Origin: Ranitomeya imitator
Taxonomy: Eukaryota
Length of the DNA: 64,000 nt
Assembly: GCF_032444005.1 (NCBI RefSeq)
Contig: NC_091288.1
Coordinates: 203,484,001 to 203,548,000 of the forward strand
Direction of reading: 5' to 3'
Both the position numbers and the translations under genes were made by a program. The notes under the pieces are model-generated. The model saw nothing but the letters and a program-made list of their open reading frames with translations. It was not told the origin of the DNA and searched no databases. Of this stretch, positions 39,350 through 52,057 are shown one piece after another. Within the stretch, counting starts at the first letter, position 1; each line of letters begins with the position of its first letter.

Positions 39350-40780
39350 TGTACTCCTAATGCCAGACTACCAACCTGTTCTCACCGCTATGAGAAGAAG
39401 TTACCGTTGAGGTGACGTCCTACAGCTTGGTAGCCGGGTATTAGTACTACAATGTCAGGCTGCCCAACATGTTCTCACCGCTGTGAGAAGAAGTTACCAT
39501 TGAGGTGACATCTTCCAGCTTGGTAGCCGGGTACTAGTACTACAATGTCAGGCTGCCCAACATGTTCTCACCACTGTAAGAAGAAGTTACCGTTGAGGTG
39601 ACATCCTCCAGCTTGGTAGCCGGGTACTAGTACTACAATGTCAGGCTGCCCAACATGTTCTCACCACTGTAAGAAGAAGTTACCGTTGAGGTGACATCCT
39701 CCAGCTTGGTAGCCGGGTATTAGTACTACAATGTCAGGCTGCCCAACATGTTCTCACCACTGTAAGAAGAAGTTACCGTTGAGGTGACATCCTCCAGCTT
39801 GGTAGCCGGGTACTAGTACTACAATGTCAGGCTGCCCAACATGTCCTCACCACTGTAAGAAGAAGTTACCGTTGAGGCGACATCCTCCAGCTTGGTAGCC
39901 GGGTACTAGTACTACAATGTCAGGCTGCCCAACATGTCCTCACCACTGTAAGAAGAAGTTACCGTTGAGGCGACATCCTCCAGCTTGGTAGCCAGGTACT
40001 AGTACTACAATGTCAGGCTGCCCAACATGTTCTCACCACTGTAAGAAGAAGTTACCGTTGAGGTGACATCCTCCAGCTTGGTAGCCAGGTACTAGTACTA
40101 CAATGTCAGGCTGCCCAACATGTTCTCACCACTGTAAGAAGAAGTTACTGTTGAGGCGACATCCTCCAGCTTGGTAGCCGGGTACTAGTACTACAATGTC
40201 AGGCTGCCCAACATGTTCTCACCACTGTAAGAAGAAGTTACTGTTGAGGCGACATCTTCCAGCTTGGTAGCCGGGTACTAGTACTACAATGTCAGGCTGC
40301 CCAACATGTTCTCACCACTGTAAGAAGAAGTTACCGTTGAGGTGACGTCCTCCAGCTTGGTAGCCGGGTACTAGTACTACAATGTCAGGCTGCCCAACAT
40401 GTCCTCACCACTGTAAGAAGAAGTTACCGTTGAGGTGACATCCTCCAGCTTGGTAGCTGGGTACTAGTACTACAATGTCAGGCTGCCCAACATGTTCTCA
40501 CCACTGTAAGAAGAAGTTACCTTTGAGGTGACATCTTCCAGCTTGGTAGCTGGGTACTAGTATTACAATGTCAGGCTGACCAACATGTTCTCACCACTGT
40601 AAGAAGTTACCTTTGAGGTGACATCTTCCAGCTTGGTAGCCGGGTACTAGTATTACAATGTCAGGCTGCCCAACATGTTCTCACCACAGTAAGAAGTTGT
40701 TACTGTTGAGGTGACATCTTCCAGCTTGGTAGCCGTGTATTACTACTACAATGTCAGGCTGACCAACATGTTCTCACCAC
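39350..40780. repeat. 93-bp satellite, ~15 copies
   Basis: Unit aatgtcaggctgcccaacatgttctcaccactgtaagaagaagttaccgttgaggtgacatcctccagcttggtagccgggtactagtactac; successive starts at 39451 and 39544. Confidence 0.96.
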
Positions 40781-41031
40781 TGCTGCGCTGTGTGTATACC
40801 TCCTATCACTGCTCGCACCTTCTGCCACTGCTCTAAGCAGTGACACATGATATTGTAGCTCAGTGCACAGCGCTGGGCTACAATAACATGGAGCCAGGAA
40901 TGGGCACAGTTCACAGCTGGTAGGGCAACAGTATAGGAGATGTGGTCAGTGTCTAATCGCAGTCTCCTAACGCCTGGGTCTGCTGTAATTGTGACCGTGG
41001 ACGCTCAGTGATCGCCTTACAAGCCACCACC

Positions 41032-41190
41032 ATGGACTTGTTCCAGCCAGCTGTAGTGATCGACAATGGATCAGGGAACATCAACATTGGAACATCAGCA
41101 GATCTAACACGGCTCTTCTCTTACCAAAATATTGTTGGCCTACCAGACTACATTGTACTGATAGGAGCCGGACACATAGACCGGTACTGA
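41032..41190 (+). pseudogene. Actin/actin-related gene 5' fragment (52 aa, then stop)
   Basis: gccaccaccATGG start. MDLFQPAVVIDNGSGNINIG...SYQNIVGLPDYIVLIGAGHIDRY aligns with actin AALVVDNGSGMCKAG...[24 protein letters not shown]. Confidence 0.7.
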
Positions 41191-41619
41191 AAAAACTACT
41201 ACCAGAGATATCCGAGATATCCGTGTCCATGTGTGCGTGTTGTGTTTCATACGTGTGCCATATGTGTGCTGCCTGTGTGCCACATCAGTATCACATGTAC
41301 CGGCGCCTAAGAAAAATCGGCCCAGTTTATGCTGTTCTTAGGTGCCGGGTGCTGAAGGCAGCTCACATCTTGTCCCCTGCTCTGCCTGCGATCAGCACGA
41401 GCAGAGGACAATGTTGAGAGATGTATTCAAGTGTAAAATTAAGAATAAAAGAAAAAAAAACACATTATAGTCACCTTAACACCTACTCTCCTAAAGCCAT
41501 TGTCCCGTGTAAACAAAAAAAAAGAAGACAACATCCCTCATCTGTCCGAAGTTGAAAGAATCCATAGTGTCCCACGCCGTAATGCTTCTGTGCGACATTT
41601 GCTCATCAGCATGAGCGGT

Positions 41620-42060
41620 GGCCGGAGCAGCATATGGGGGGTATGGAGAGTAGCAGTGTGGAGGGTAAATACTATGGAGGGGCATCTTGTGGGGAACAGT
41701 GTGGAGAGGAGCAGCTTTGGGGGCACAGTCTGGAGAAGGGCAGCTTGTGAGGGACAGTATGGCGAGCGGATGCTTGTGGGGTGCACACACAGTATGGAGA
41801 GAGGAAGCTTGTGGGGGACAGTAGTGAGAAAGCACAGTGTGTGGGGGACAGTATTGAGAAGGCACAGTGTGTGGGGGACAGTATTGAGAAGGCACAGTGT
41901 GTGGGGGACAGTATGGAGAGCAGCAGCTTGTGGCAGACTGAATGGAGAGGGGCACTGTGGTGTGTAGAGGACAGTATGAAGAGGGAGCAGTGTGGAGGTT
42001 CAGCATGAGGATAAAAAGTGGAGAGAGGAAAGCATGAAGTGGGGATGGTGTGAAGGCCAT
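41620..42060. repeat. G-rich degenerate minisatellite (~30-bp gtgtgggggacagtattgagaaggcacagt core)
   Basis: Near-exact copies at ~41808-41895 with degenerate flanks. Confidence 0.75.
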
Positions 42061-42284
42061 AATTCATAAAGGGTCAGTATGGAGGTTATAGTTCATAAGG
42101 GTGGGGGATATTGTTCATAAGGGCAGATGGTGTAGTGGTTACTTAAGGTTTGACAGTGTAAACGTTACAGCTCATAAGTGGGAATAGTGTGGTGCTCATA
42201 GAAAAACTGTATGGTGGTTATAGTTTATATGGGGGGATGGTATGGAGACAATGTTTTAAAGGAGGACAGTGTTGATCTGGTGAT

Positions 42285-43090
42285 GTGTTCATGTACTGAT
42301 GGTGGTTCTGGTGCTATTCTAATGTACTAATGATGGTTCTGATGGTGTGTTCATGTACTGCTGGTGGTCCTGGCGCTATTCTAATGTACTAATGATGGTT
42401 CTGATGGTGTGTTCATGTACTGATGGTGGTTCTGGTGCTATTCTAATGTACTAATGATGGTTCTGATGGTGTGTTCATGTACTGATGGTGGTTCTGGTGA
42501 TGTACTAATGATGATTCTGGTGCTATACTAATGTACGGATGATGGTTCTGCTGGTGTGTTCATGTACTGATATGATGGTTCTGGTGTTGTACTGATGATG
42601 GTTCTGGTGCTATACTAATGTACTGATGATGGTTCTGATGATGCGTTCATGTACTGATGGTGGTTCTGGTGATGTACTGATGATGATTCTGGTGCTATAC
42701 TAATGTACTGATGATGGTTCTGCTGGTGTGTTCTTGTACTGATATGATGGTTCTAGTGTTGTACTAATGATGATTCTGGTGCTATACTAATGTACGGATG
42801 ATGGTTCTGCTGGTGTGTTCATGTACTGATATGATGGTTCTGGTGTTGTACTGATGATGGTTCTGGTGCTATACTAATGTACTGATGATGGTTCTGATGA
42901 TGCGTTCATGTACTGATGGTGGTTCTGGTGATGTACTAATGATAATTCTAGTGCTATACTAATGTACTGATGATGGTTCTGCTGGTGTGCTCATGTACTG
43001 ATATGATGGTTCTGGTGTTGTAATGATGATGATTCTGGTGCTGTACTACTGTGCTGATGATGATTCTGATGATGTGTTCATGCACTGATG
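42285..43090. repeat. Composite TG-rich minisatellite (gatggttctggtg / gtactgat modules, ~60-bp higher-order unit)
   Basis: Direct inspection. Confidence 0.9.
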
Positions 43091-44176
43091 ATGTTTCTGG
43101 TGCTGAATTCCCCCATTAGAAATAAATACATTAAAAATGTTATTATATATGGCCACATCCATAAATGTTTGATCTATCAAAACGTTCAAAATGTAAAACT
43201 GATTAGCTTGTATGGTAAGGGACAAGAGAGATCATAATACCAGAATGTTTTTTTTTTTTTGTCACCTTTCTTCCCTTAAAAAGTGATCAAAATATCATAC
43301 GTACTACCCCAAACTGGTATCAATAAAATCATCAGCTCACCATGCAAAAAAAACAGAGCCCTTTTGCAGCACCATAAACAGAATATTAAAAAGGTGTTAA
43401 AAAATTGCATTACAAACCCAACTTTTTTTTTTTTTAAATATCTGAAAGTTTGATATTGCTGCAATCGCACTGACATGGAAAATCATATTCACGGGTCATT
43501 TTTACCATACAATGAATACTTTAAAAGTAAACCCCCAAGAAACGATGACGTAATTGGATTTTTTCACAGCAGGTTTATATTGTACTGCGGGAAGGGGCGC
43601 CATTTAAATTTTTGCCTCAGGCAGCAGAGAAATTACAGTCAGCCCTGCAGTACCACACAATGTCCAGCAAAGGGAGCCCTTGGCTTTCATATTACAGACC
43701 TGTTCAGTAGTCTCCCCATGGCACAGAATTGTAGAGTCATGCACTCATATAGATATGTTCTGTGGGCATGAACTGAGAACACACAGATTTTATGCAAAAT
43801 GTGCCCTAACTAAATATATTTGAGGAGTGCAGACAGCAGAATATATATATACACACACGCACGCACGCACGCACACACGCGCACACACACACGGTGAAAT
43901 AACCATCCAATCTACATAGGCAAAAAAAATCAAATCAAACCAGAGATGCCCATAAGTTAAGTTATGTGCAATAATGACAAATGACACCGGCAAAAAAAGG
44001 ATAGAACACATCAAGAAAGAGAGGAACAAAAAGCCACGAAAAGTCCTGACACCAGCTGAAATCTATCAGTAATTAGAAAGCAATCCTGCCACTTAGTGAA
44101 AAATAATATCACATGGTTCAACTGATGGCCTGTAAAAAGGTGGCTCATTACCAAGGGGCAACACGAGAAACATCTC

Positions 44177-44462
44177 TTGTTGGGTAAAACCAGTCAGCTG
44201 TCTCAATACCTTTGCAACCTTATTGTTGCAAAACAGTGATGGAATTGGTTACAGAAGAATTTCAAAAGGTTCCAGTGACCACTGTTGGGGCCATAATCCA
44301 GAAGTGGAAAGAACATAATTTTACAATAAACCGGCCATGGCTAGGAGCTCCCCACAAGATTTCAGACAAGATTTATCACAAGGCTTGTTCAAGAGCCAAG
44401 GACCACCTGTGGAGAGATATAGAAAGACATGGAGTCAGCAGGTACAATTGTTTCAAAGAACA
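44177..44462 (+). mobile_element. Tc1/mariner transposase N-terminal remnant (frameshifts and stop)
   Basis: GKTSQLSQ..NLIVAK / VPVTTVGAIIQKWKEHNFTINRPWLGAPHKISD / QEPRTTCGEI*KDMESAGTIVSK, matching the paired-like HTH region of Tc1 transposases. Confidence 0.85.
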
Positions 44463-45110
44463 ACGCCATTGTCCCCAGAAGTTATGGTTAGAGCTGAGTC
44501 ATTTGTGGAGGGTGAAGAACCCTGGTGCAGAGCAGGATGGCTGGAAACATAAAAGCCAGGACCATAAATGACAAAATGGCTATAAACTGCCCGCTACATG
44601 TAGTAAGGGGTCCGGGCGCAATCACAGGATGAAGGATCCCAGAAATGGGAGCCACTAACAACAGTCACATCGTTATATCCGTAAATGTCCGATCTACCAA
44701 CATATAAAATGAATTAACCCGTACGTTAAACGCTGAAAGGGAACAAAATAGGAAAACGCCAGAATTGCTGTTTTTTGGTTGCTGCACTTCTCCCAAAAAG
44801 ATGCAATAAAAAACGTATTTTGCTGCTAAATGTCCCGCAGAGATGAGCATTTTTTAAAGTAAATTTTTCGATAATTTTGAAATAATATCAAATTTCGACA
44901 TTTTCTACAATTTTGCTACAATTTTAATTATAGAATTACGTAAAATTGTAGCAAACTGCAAAATTAAATATTATTGTGAAACTTCCCAAAACTTTACTTT
45001 AAAAAAAAAAGTTTCCATCCCCCTCCACCTGCAGAGGACACACCAGGCTGCTCTCCGCCACAGAGGAGGGGTCTGCAGACAATACCTTTAAACGGTTGAA
45101 AAATCTCCGC

Positions 45111-45288
45111 CATCTGATTGGACGCTGCGAGAACAGGGTACCTGGCAACCGACAACCAATCAGATGTCAGAGTTCTGTTTAAAGGACTAAGCTCCCTGGG
45201 GAGGTAAGGTGGCAGAGGCTGCAGCTCAGTGTACAGAGGGATCATTTGTCAGAGGACATCGGCCCCAACCGGCTAGTCTCTCCCCGAG
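45111..45288 (+). promoter_or_regulatory. Candidate promoter / non-coding exon upstream of foxj1.2
   Basis: Inverted CCAAT boxes CATCTGATTGG (45111-45121) and CCAATCAGATG (45156-45166) flank the X-box-like GGTACCTGGCAAC (45137-45149). Strong donors GAG|gtaagg (45203) and GAG|gtaaga (45288) follow. Confidence 0.4.
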
Positions 45289-46189
45289 GTAAGATCTCCA
45301 TATGCTCTACTTGGCTTTTATGCAATTTTAGCTTTTCATCACTTTTAGATGCCTAGTGCAATGCTTCCTAGAGAAGTGAGAATGCTTCCATAACTGGGGA
45401 GGAACTACAAGTCTCAGCATGTTGGACACACTTAATGCGAGCGTTAACCTTAAGGATGCAACACAACCCCCCCCCAAAAAAAAAAAAAAAGATAAAATGA
45501 CAAATTCAGCTCTGCTACATCTGTATAGATAAAAGTGCATAGATGGTATAAGGGTGTTATAGGGCCGGGGTCGGGGGGCATCATGGGTTCGGAGGAGCGT
45601 TGGACACCTGTTTGCTGATCAGATTTCCAGGTGATTTGATCCTGTCACACACATCCCAGGGGAGCGTCACCTCCTGCACATCACCTGTTACAGGGAAGAC
45701 CGCCGGACACAGGCGGATACGCCTCTGCTATATCATCACCATTGATCCTCACATCAAAGGACAAAATCCTCAACTTTCCCCACTTTTCACGAGCGAGGCA
45801 CCTTTTTTTTTTATAGAAAGTATTATATATCTTTAGCTTTCTGTACTGTCCCGGTGCACGGAGGTAGCAGAGCTGAGCTTGTCATCTGGCACACAGCGTT
45901 GTGACGCCGAGATGTGGCGTCTGTGATAATGCACAGCAATGTCATGTATCTGTATACTCATTTATTACAATACTCTAGTGAGCAGCCTGGAAGAAGTGCA
46001 CAACACATTCAGCTCAGCTACATCTGAACACTACAAGTACCATTCTCTTGTTACATTGGCTGTAATACAAACCGCTACGATACTGTACCCTGCCATCATG
46101 ATATTATGTAACACATTGTGCTGCTATCACATGGACCATCACACTTTACTACTACTATATCACCCTGTAATACCACTACATCTTACTAG

Positions 46190-48915
46190 CATGTCACACC
46201 GTAATACTATATGTTACTAGTGTATAAAACTGTAATACCACTATATCACACTGTAATACTATGTTACTAGTGTATAAAACCGTAATACCACTATATCACA
46301 CCGTAATACTAGTATATGTTACTAGTGTATACAACCGTAATACCACTATATCACACCGTAATCCTATCATATGCTACTAGTGTATAAAACCATAATACCA
46401 CTATAGCACACCATAATACTATCATATGTTACTAGTGTATAAAGCTGTAATACCACTATATCACACCATAATACTATCATATGTTACTAGTGTATAAAAC
46501 CGTAATACCACTACATCACACCATAATGATATCATATGTTACTAGTGTATAAAACCGTAATACCACTATATCACACCGTAATACTAGTATATGTTACTAG
46601 TGTATACAACCGTAATACCACTATATCACACCGTAATCCTATCATATGTTACTAGTGTATAAAACCATAATACCACTATATCACACCATAATACTATCAT
46701 ATGTTACTAGTGTATAAAACCGTAATACCACTACATCACACCATAATGATATCATATGTTACTAGTGTATAAAACCGTAATACCACTATATCACACCGTA
46801 ATACTAGTATATGTTACTAGTGTATACAACCGTAATACCACTATATCACACCATAATACTATCATATGTTACTAGTGTATAAAGCTGTAATACCACTATA
46901 TCACACCATAATACTATCATATGTTACTAGTGTATAAAGCTGTAATACCACTATATCACACCATAATACTATCATATGTTACTAGTGTATAAAGCCGCAA
47001 TACCACTATATCACTCCATAATGCTATCATATTATACTAGTGTATAAAGCCGTAATACCACTATATCACACCATAATACTATCATATGTTACTAGTGTAT
47101 AAAACTGTAATACCACTATATCACTCCATAATACTATCATATGTTATTAGTGCATAAAGCCGTAATACCACTATATCACACCATAATGCTATCATATGTT
47201 ACTAGTGTATAAAGCCGTAATACTACTATATCACACCATAATGCTATCATATGTTACTAGTGTATAAAACTGTAATACCACTATATCACTCCATAATACT
47301 ATCATATCTTACTAGTGTATAAAGCCGTAATACCACTATATCACACCATAATACTATCATATGTTACTAGTGTATAAAGTCGTAATACCACTATATCACT
47401 CCATAATGCTATCATATGTTACTAGTGTGTAAAGCCGTAATACTACTATATCACACCATAATGTTATCATATGTTACTAGTGTATAAAACCGTAATACCA
47501 CTAAATCACACCATAATACTATCATATGTTACTAGTGTATAAAGCCGTAATACCACTATATCACTCCATAATGCTATCATATGTTATTAGTGCATAAAGC
47601 CGTAATACCACTATATCACACCATAATACTATCATATCTTACTAGTGTATAAAGCCGTAATACCACTATATCACACCATAATACTATCATATGTTACTAG
47701 TGTATAAAGTCGTAATACCACTATATCACTCCATAATGCTATCATATGTTACTAGTGTGTAAAGCCGTAATACTACTATATCACACCATAATGCTATCAT
47801 ATGTTACTAGTGTATAAAACCGTAATACCACTAAATCACACCATAATACTATCATATGTTACTAGTGTATAAAGCCGTAATACCACTATATCACTCCATA
47901 ATGCTATCATATGTTATTAGTGCATAAAGCCGTAATACCACTATATCACACCATAATACTATCATATGTTATTAGTGCATAAAGCCGTAATACCACTATA
48001 TCACACCATAATGCTATCATATGTTACTAGTGTATAAAGCCGTAATACCACTATATCACACCATAATAATATCATATGTTACTAGTGTTTAAAGCCGTAA
48101 TACCACTATATCACACCATAATGCTATCATATGTTACTAGTGTATAAAGCCGTAATACCACTATATCACACCATAATAATATCATATGTTACTAGTGTTT
48201 AAAGCCGTAATACCACTATATCACTCCATAATGCTATCATATGTTATTAGTGCATAAAGCCGTAATACCACTATATCACACCATAATACTATCATATGTT
48301 ATTAGTGCATAAAGCCGTAATACCACTATATCACACCATAATGCTATCATATGTTACTAGTGTATAAAGCCGTAATACCACTATATCACACCATAATAAT
48401 ATCATATGTTACTAGTGTTTAAAGCCGTAATACCACTATATCACACCATAATAATATCATATGTTACTAGTGTTTAAAGCCGTAATACCACTATATCACT
48501 CCATAATGCTACCATATGTTACTAGTGTGTAAAGCCGTAATACCACTATATCACAACATAATACTATCATATGTTATTAGTGCATAAAGCCGTAATACCA
48601 CTATATCACACCATAATACTATCATATGTTATTAGTGCATAAAGCCGTAATACCACTATATCACACCATAATACTATCATATGTTATTAGTGCATAAAGC
48701 CGTAATACCACTATATCACTCCATAATACTATCATATGTTACTAGTGTATAAAGCCGTAATACCACTATATCACACCATAATGCTATCATATTATACTAG
48801 TGTATAAAGCCGTATACCACTATATCACACCATAATAATATCATATGTTACTAGTGTATAAAGCCGTAATACCACTATATCACTCCATAATGCTATCATA
48901 TGTTACTAGTGTGTA
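46190..48915. repeat. 55-bp satellite, ~49 copies, with degenerate flanks extending to ~50300
   Basis: Unit catatgttactagtgtataaagccgtaataccactatatcacaccataatactat. Confidence 0.96.
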
Positions 48916-51522
48916 AAACCATAATACTACTATATGACACTGTATGACTACCATATCACACTGTAATACTATCATATCATTCATAATACAATCATATTAA
49001 ACTGTAATGCTACCATATCATACCTTAATACTATTATATTACTATGCAATGCTAACAGTCACACTGTAATACTATCATATTACACCATAATGCTATCATA
49101 TCACACAGTAATGCTATCATATGGTGCATCACACTTCACAACTATGTCATCCTGTAATACCAGTACATCTTACTAGCATGTCACACTGGAATACTATATG
49201 TTACCAGTGTATAAAACCGTAATACCACTACATGACACCAAAATGCTATCATATTTTTCTAATATATAAAGCTGTAATACCACTATGACACTGTAATACT
49301 ATCACATCACACTGTAATACTAACATATCACCCATAACATTATTATATTAAACCGTAATGCTACCATATCACCCCTTAATACTATTATATTACTCTATAA
49401 TGCTAACAATCACACTGTAATACTATCATCACATACCATAATACTATCATATTACACCGTAATGCTATCATATCACATAGCAATGCTATCATATCACACC
49501 TTAATGCATGGTGCATCACACTTTACTACATCTATGTCAACCTGTAATACCATTGCACCTTACTAGCATGTCACACCGTAATACTATCATATCTTAATGA
49601 TTAAAACTGTAATACTAACATATCTTGTTAGTGTATAAAACTGTAATACTGAATCAAACATAACACTATGATATCACACCGTAATGCTACCATATCACAC
49701 TGTAATACTATTATAGCAGACAGCAATGCTACCGTATCACACTGTGATACTATTATGATACACCGTAATGCTACCATATCCTAACAATTTATAAAGCCGT
49801 AATACTATCATATCACACCATATTGCATCATATGGTGCTCCACACTTTACTACAACTATGTCAACCTGTAATACCATTGTATCTTACTAGCAGGTCACAC
49901 AGTAATACTGTCATATCTTACTAATGTATAAAACCGTAATACTAACAAATCTTATTAGTGTATAAACCAGTAATACTATCATATCACACTGTAATACGGT
50001 CACATCTCGCTCGTGTATCCCACCTTAATGCCGTATCTTACTATCACTGACGGACACACAGAAGAGGGCCCCTGAGCAGGAGTGATATATGGGCCCTTTG
50101 CAGTCCAATAGTTCATCATAATGCACCAATAGTATGTCAGCCCCTGCCCATTACCGTATTACACCGTAATACTATAAAATCACACCGTAATCGTACCATA
50201 TGCCATTATCATATCACATGATGCAACTATACCCATCCAGTGTCTGATCATGTAACGTTATCATCTTACTACTATATCCCGCCATTATACCATACTATCA
50301 TATCATACCATTATGTCATCATATCCATGGCGGACAATGCTGAGACAGCGGTACGTGGGCCTCTATATTTTCAATAGCTCTTCATCAATTGCCACCAGGA
50401 TATGCCAACAAGCATAAAATCCATCAGTAAATGTGAGCTGTAAAATCCATGACCTCTGCCCCTTATACAGTGTCCTCCTTTATTAACTTCTAGTTAAAAT
50501 CCATGACCTCTGCCCCTTATACAGTGTCCTCCTTTATTAACTTATATTTGTAATGTGCAGATACACAGGAAACTAGGTTATATCCCGATCAGATCTGATT
50601 ATCCCACCCTCTTACTTTCATGTCTTACTATTATGTCCGACTATTACCTCCGCCTGACAGGACCCTATAATAGGATATTCGACCCTTATAATTTAGCGGT
50701 TCCTGGTTACAAGCTAGGAAAGGGTTTGCATTAGCGTGAATATGTAACACTGCTCCTTGGGTGACCTGAGCACGCGCGCGGGCTGCACGAACAAGCGCTA
50801 TTTGTTCTGAGCACGTTTGAACAAATAGTCCCTGGGGTGAGGTCTTGGGGGAGGTGGTGCCGCGGTGACTGTGCCCATTGCGGGATATTATCCGGCTATA
50901 TTTACTGTCATTAGGGAAGAGGCAGCTAAATGCAATGCAAACAGCAAACAAGTGGGGACAGAGGCTTGAACAAAAGGCATGCAACCAGCCTGCTATATAT
51001 GATGACAACCTATAAGTTAATCCAGTTTATGAACACCCTTCTGTAAATTAACCTAAGCTGCAATACCACATGCAACCTGCAGACAGGAGGGCGCTGTTTG
51101 TTTTTTTTTTTTTTTTTAAATGGTGGAAAATCTCTTTAATTAAATTTAATTAAATTTGCGACTATTGGTAACTGTGCATACGCAACGTATAATACGAAAC
51201 TCTCCCTCCAGTTTCTCCGGTACCAAGGCCTGGACGCCACTGTGGCCCTATGGGGCCCCTCTGTGTTCTTATGACACATGAGCAAGTTGAGTTAATGATT
51301 ACCATATCTCTGATATAAATAACTTAAATCGTCATCATGATAAATAGATTAAGGAAATTATAATAATTCCTTAAAGTGATTGCCCATGTTAGGAAAACAT
51401 TTTTTTGGTAAGAAGGATCACAGAAAATGATAAAGTGGTCATAGCGTTTAACACTATTTGGATCCCCCCCAAAGAATATTGCAATCTACATGGTGCATCC
51501 ATTCATCACCCACTTTATATCA

Positions 51523-51552
51523 TTTAGAATATAATTGCCTAAGGGTTTTTCC

Positions 51553-51583
<31 letters not shown>

Positions 51584-52040
51584 CTGGAAATCCCGGCTCT
51601 CTGATTGGTCGAGGCCGCCAGGCCTCGACCAATCAGAGACCGGCACAGCATCGACGTAGAAATCCCGCGTCTCTGATTGGTCGAGGCCGCAAGGCCTCGA
51701 CCAATCAGCAACGGGCACAGCGACGATGATGTCATAAAGGACGTAGAAATCCCGCGTCTGATTGGTCGAGGCCGCCAGGCCTCGACCAATCAGCAACAGG
51801 CACAGCGACGATGATGTCATAAAGGACATAGACATCTCACGTTTCTGATTCAGCGACGGGCACAGTATCGACGTAGATGTCATAATGGTTGCCATGGCGA
51901 CGATGATGTCATAAAGGTTGCCTCGACCAATCAGTGACGGGCACAGTCTGCCGCGAATTCTGGAATCATCATTGTCCATATACTACGGGGACATGCATAT
52001 TCTAGAATACCCGATGCATTAGAATCGGGCCACAATCTAG
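51523..52040 (+). mobile_element. Non-autonomous Helitron-like element
   Basis: 5' ataattgcctaagggtttttcc(gtct)n. 3' hairpin CCCGAT-gcattaga-ATCGGG followed by ccacaatCTAG, the canonical Helitron 3' end. Internal tandem units contain 16-bp CCAAT hairpins. Confidence 0.8.
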
Positions 52041-52057
52041 TTTAGAATATTCCTTAA

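Noticed and set aside
39450-40770. Minus strand of the 93-bp unit (CUGGAGGA...GAGAACAUGUUGGG) as a hammerhead array
   Set aside because: Both conserved boxes are broken (CUGG in place of CUGA, GAGA in place of GAAA) and no convincing stem II forms.
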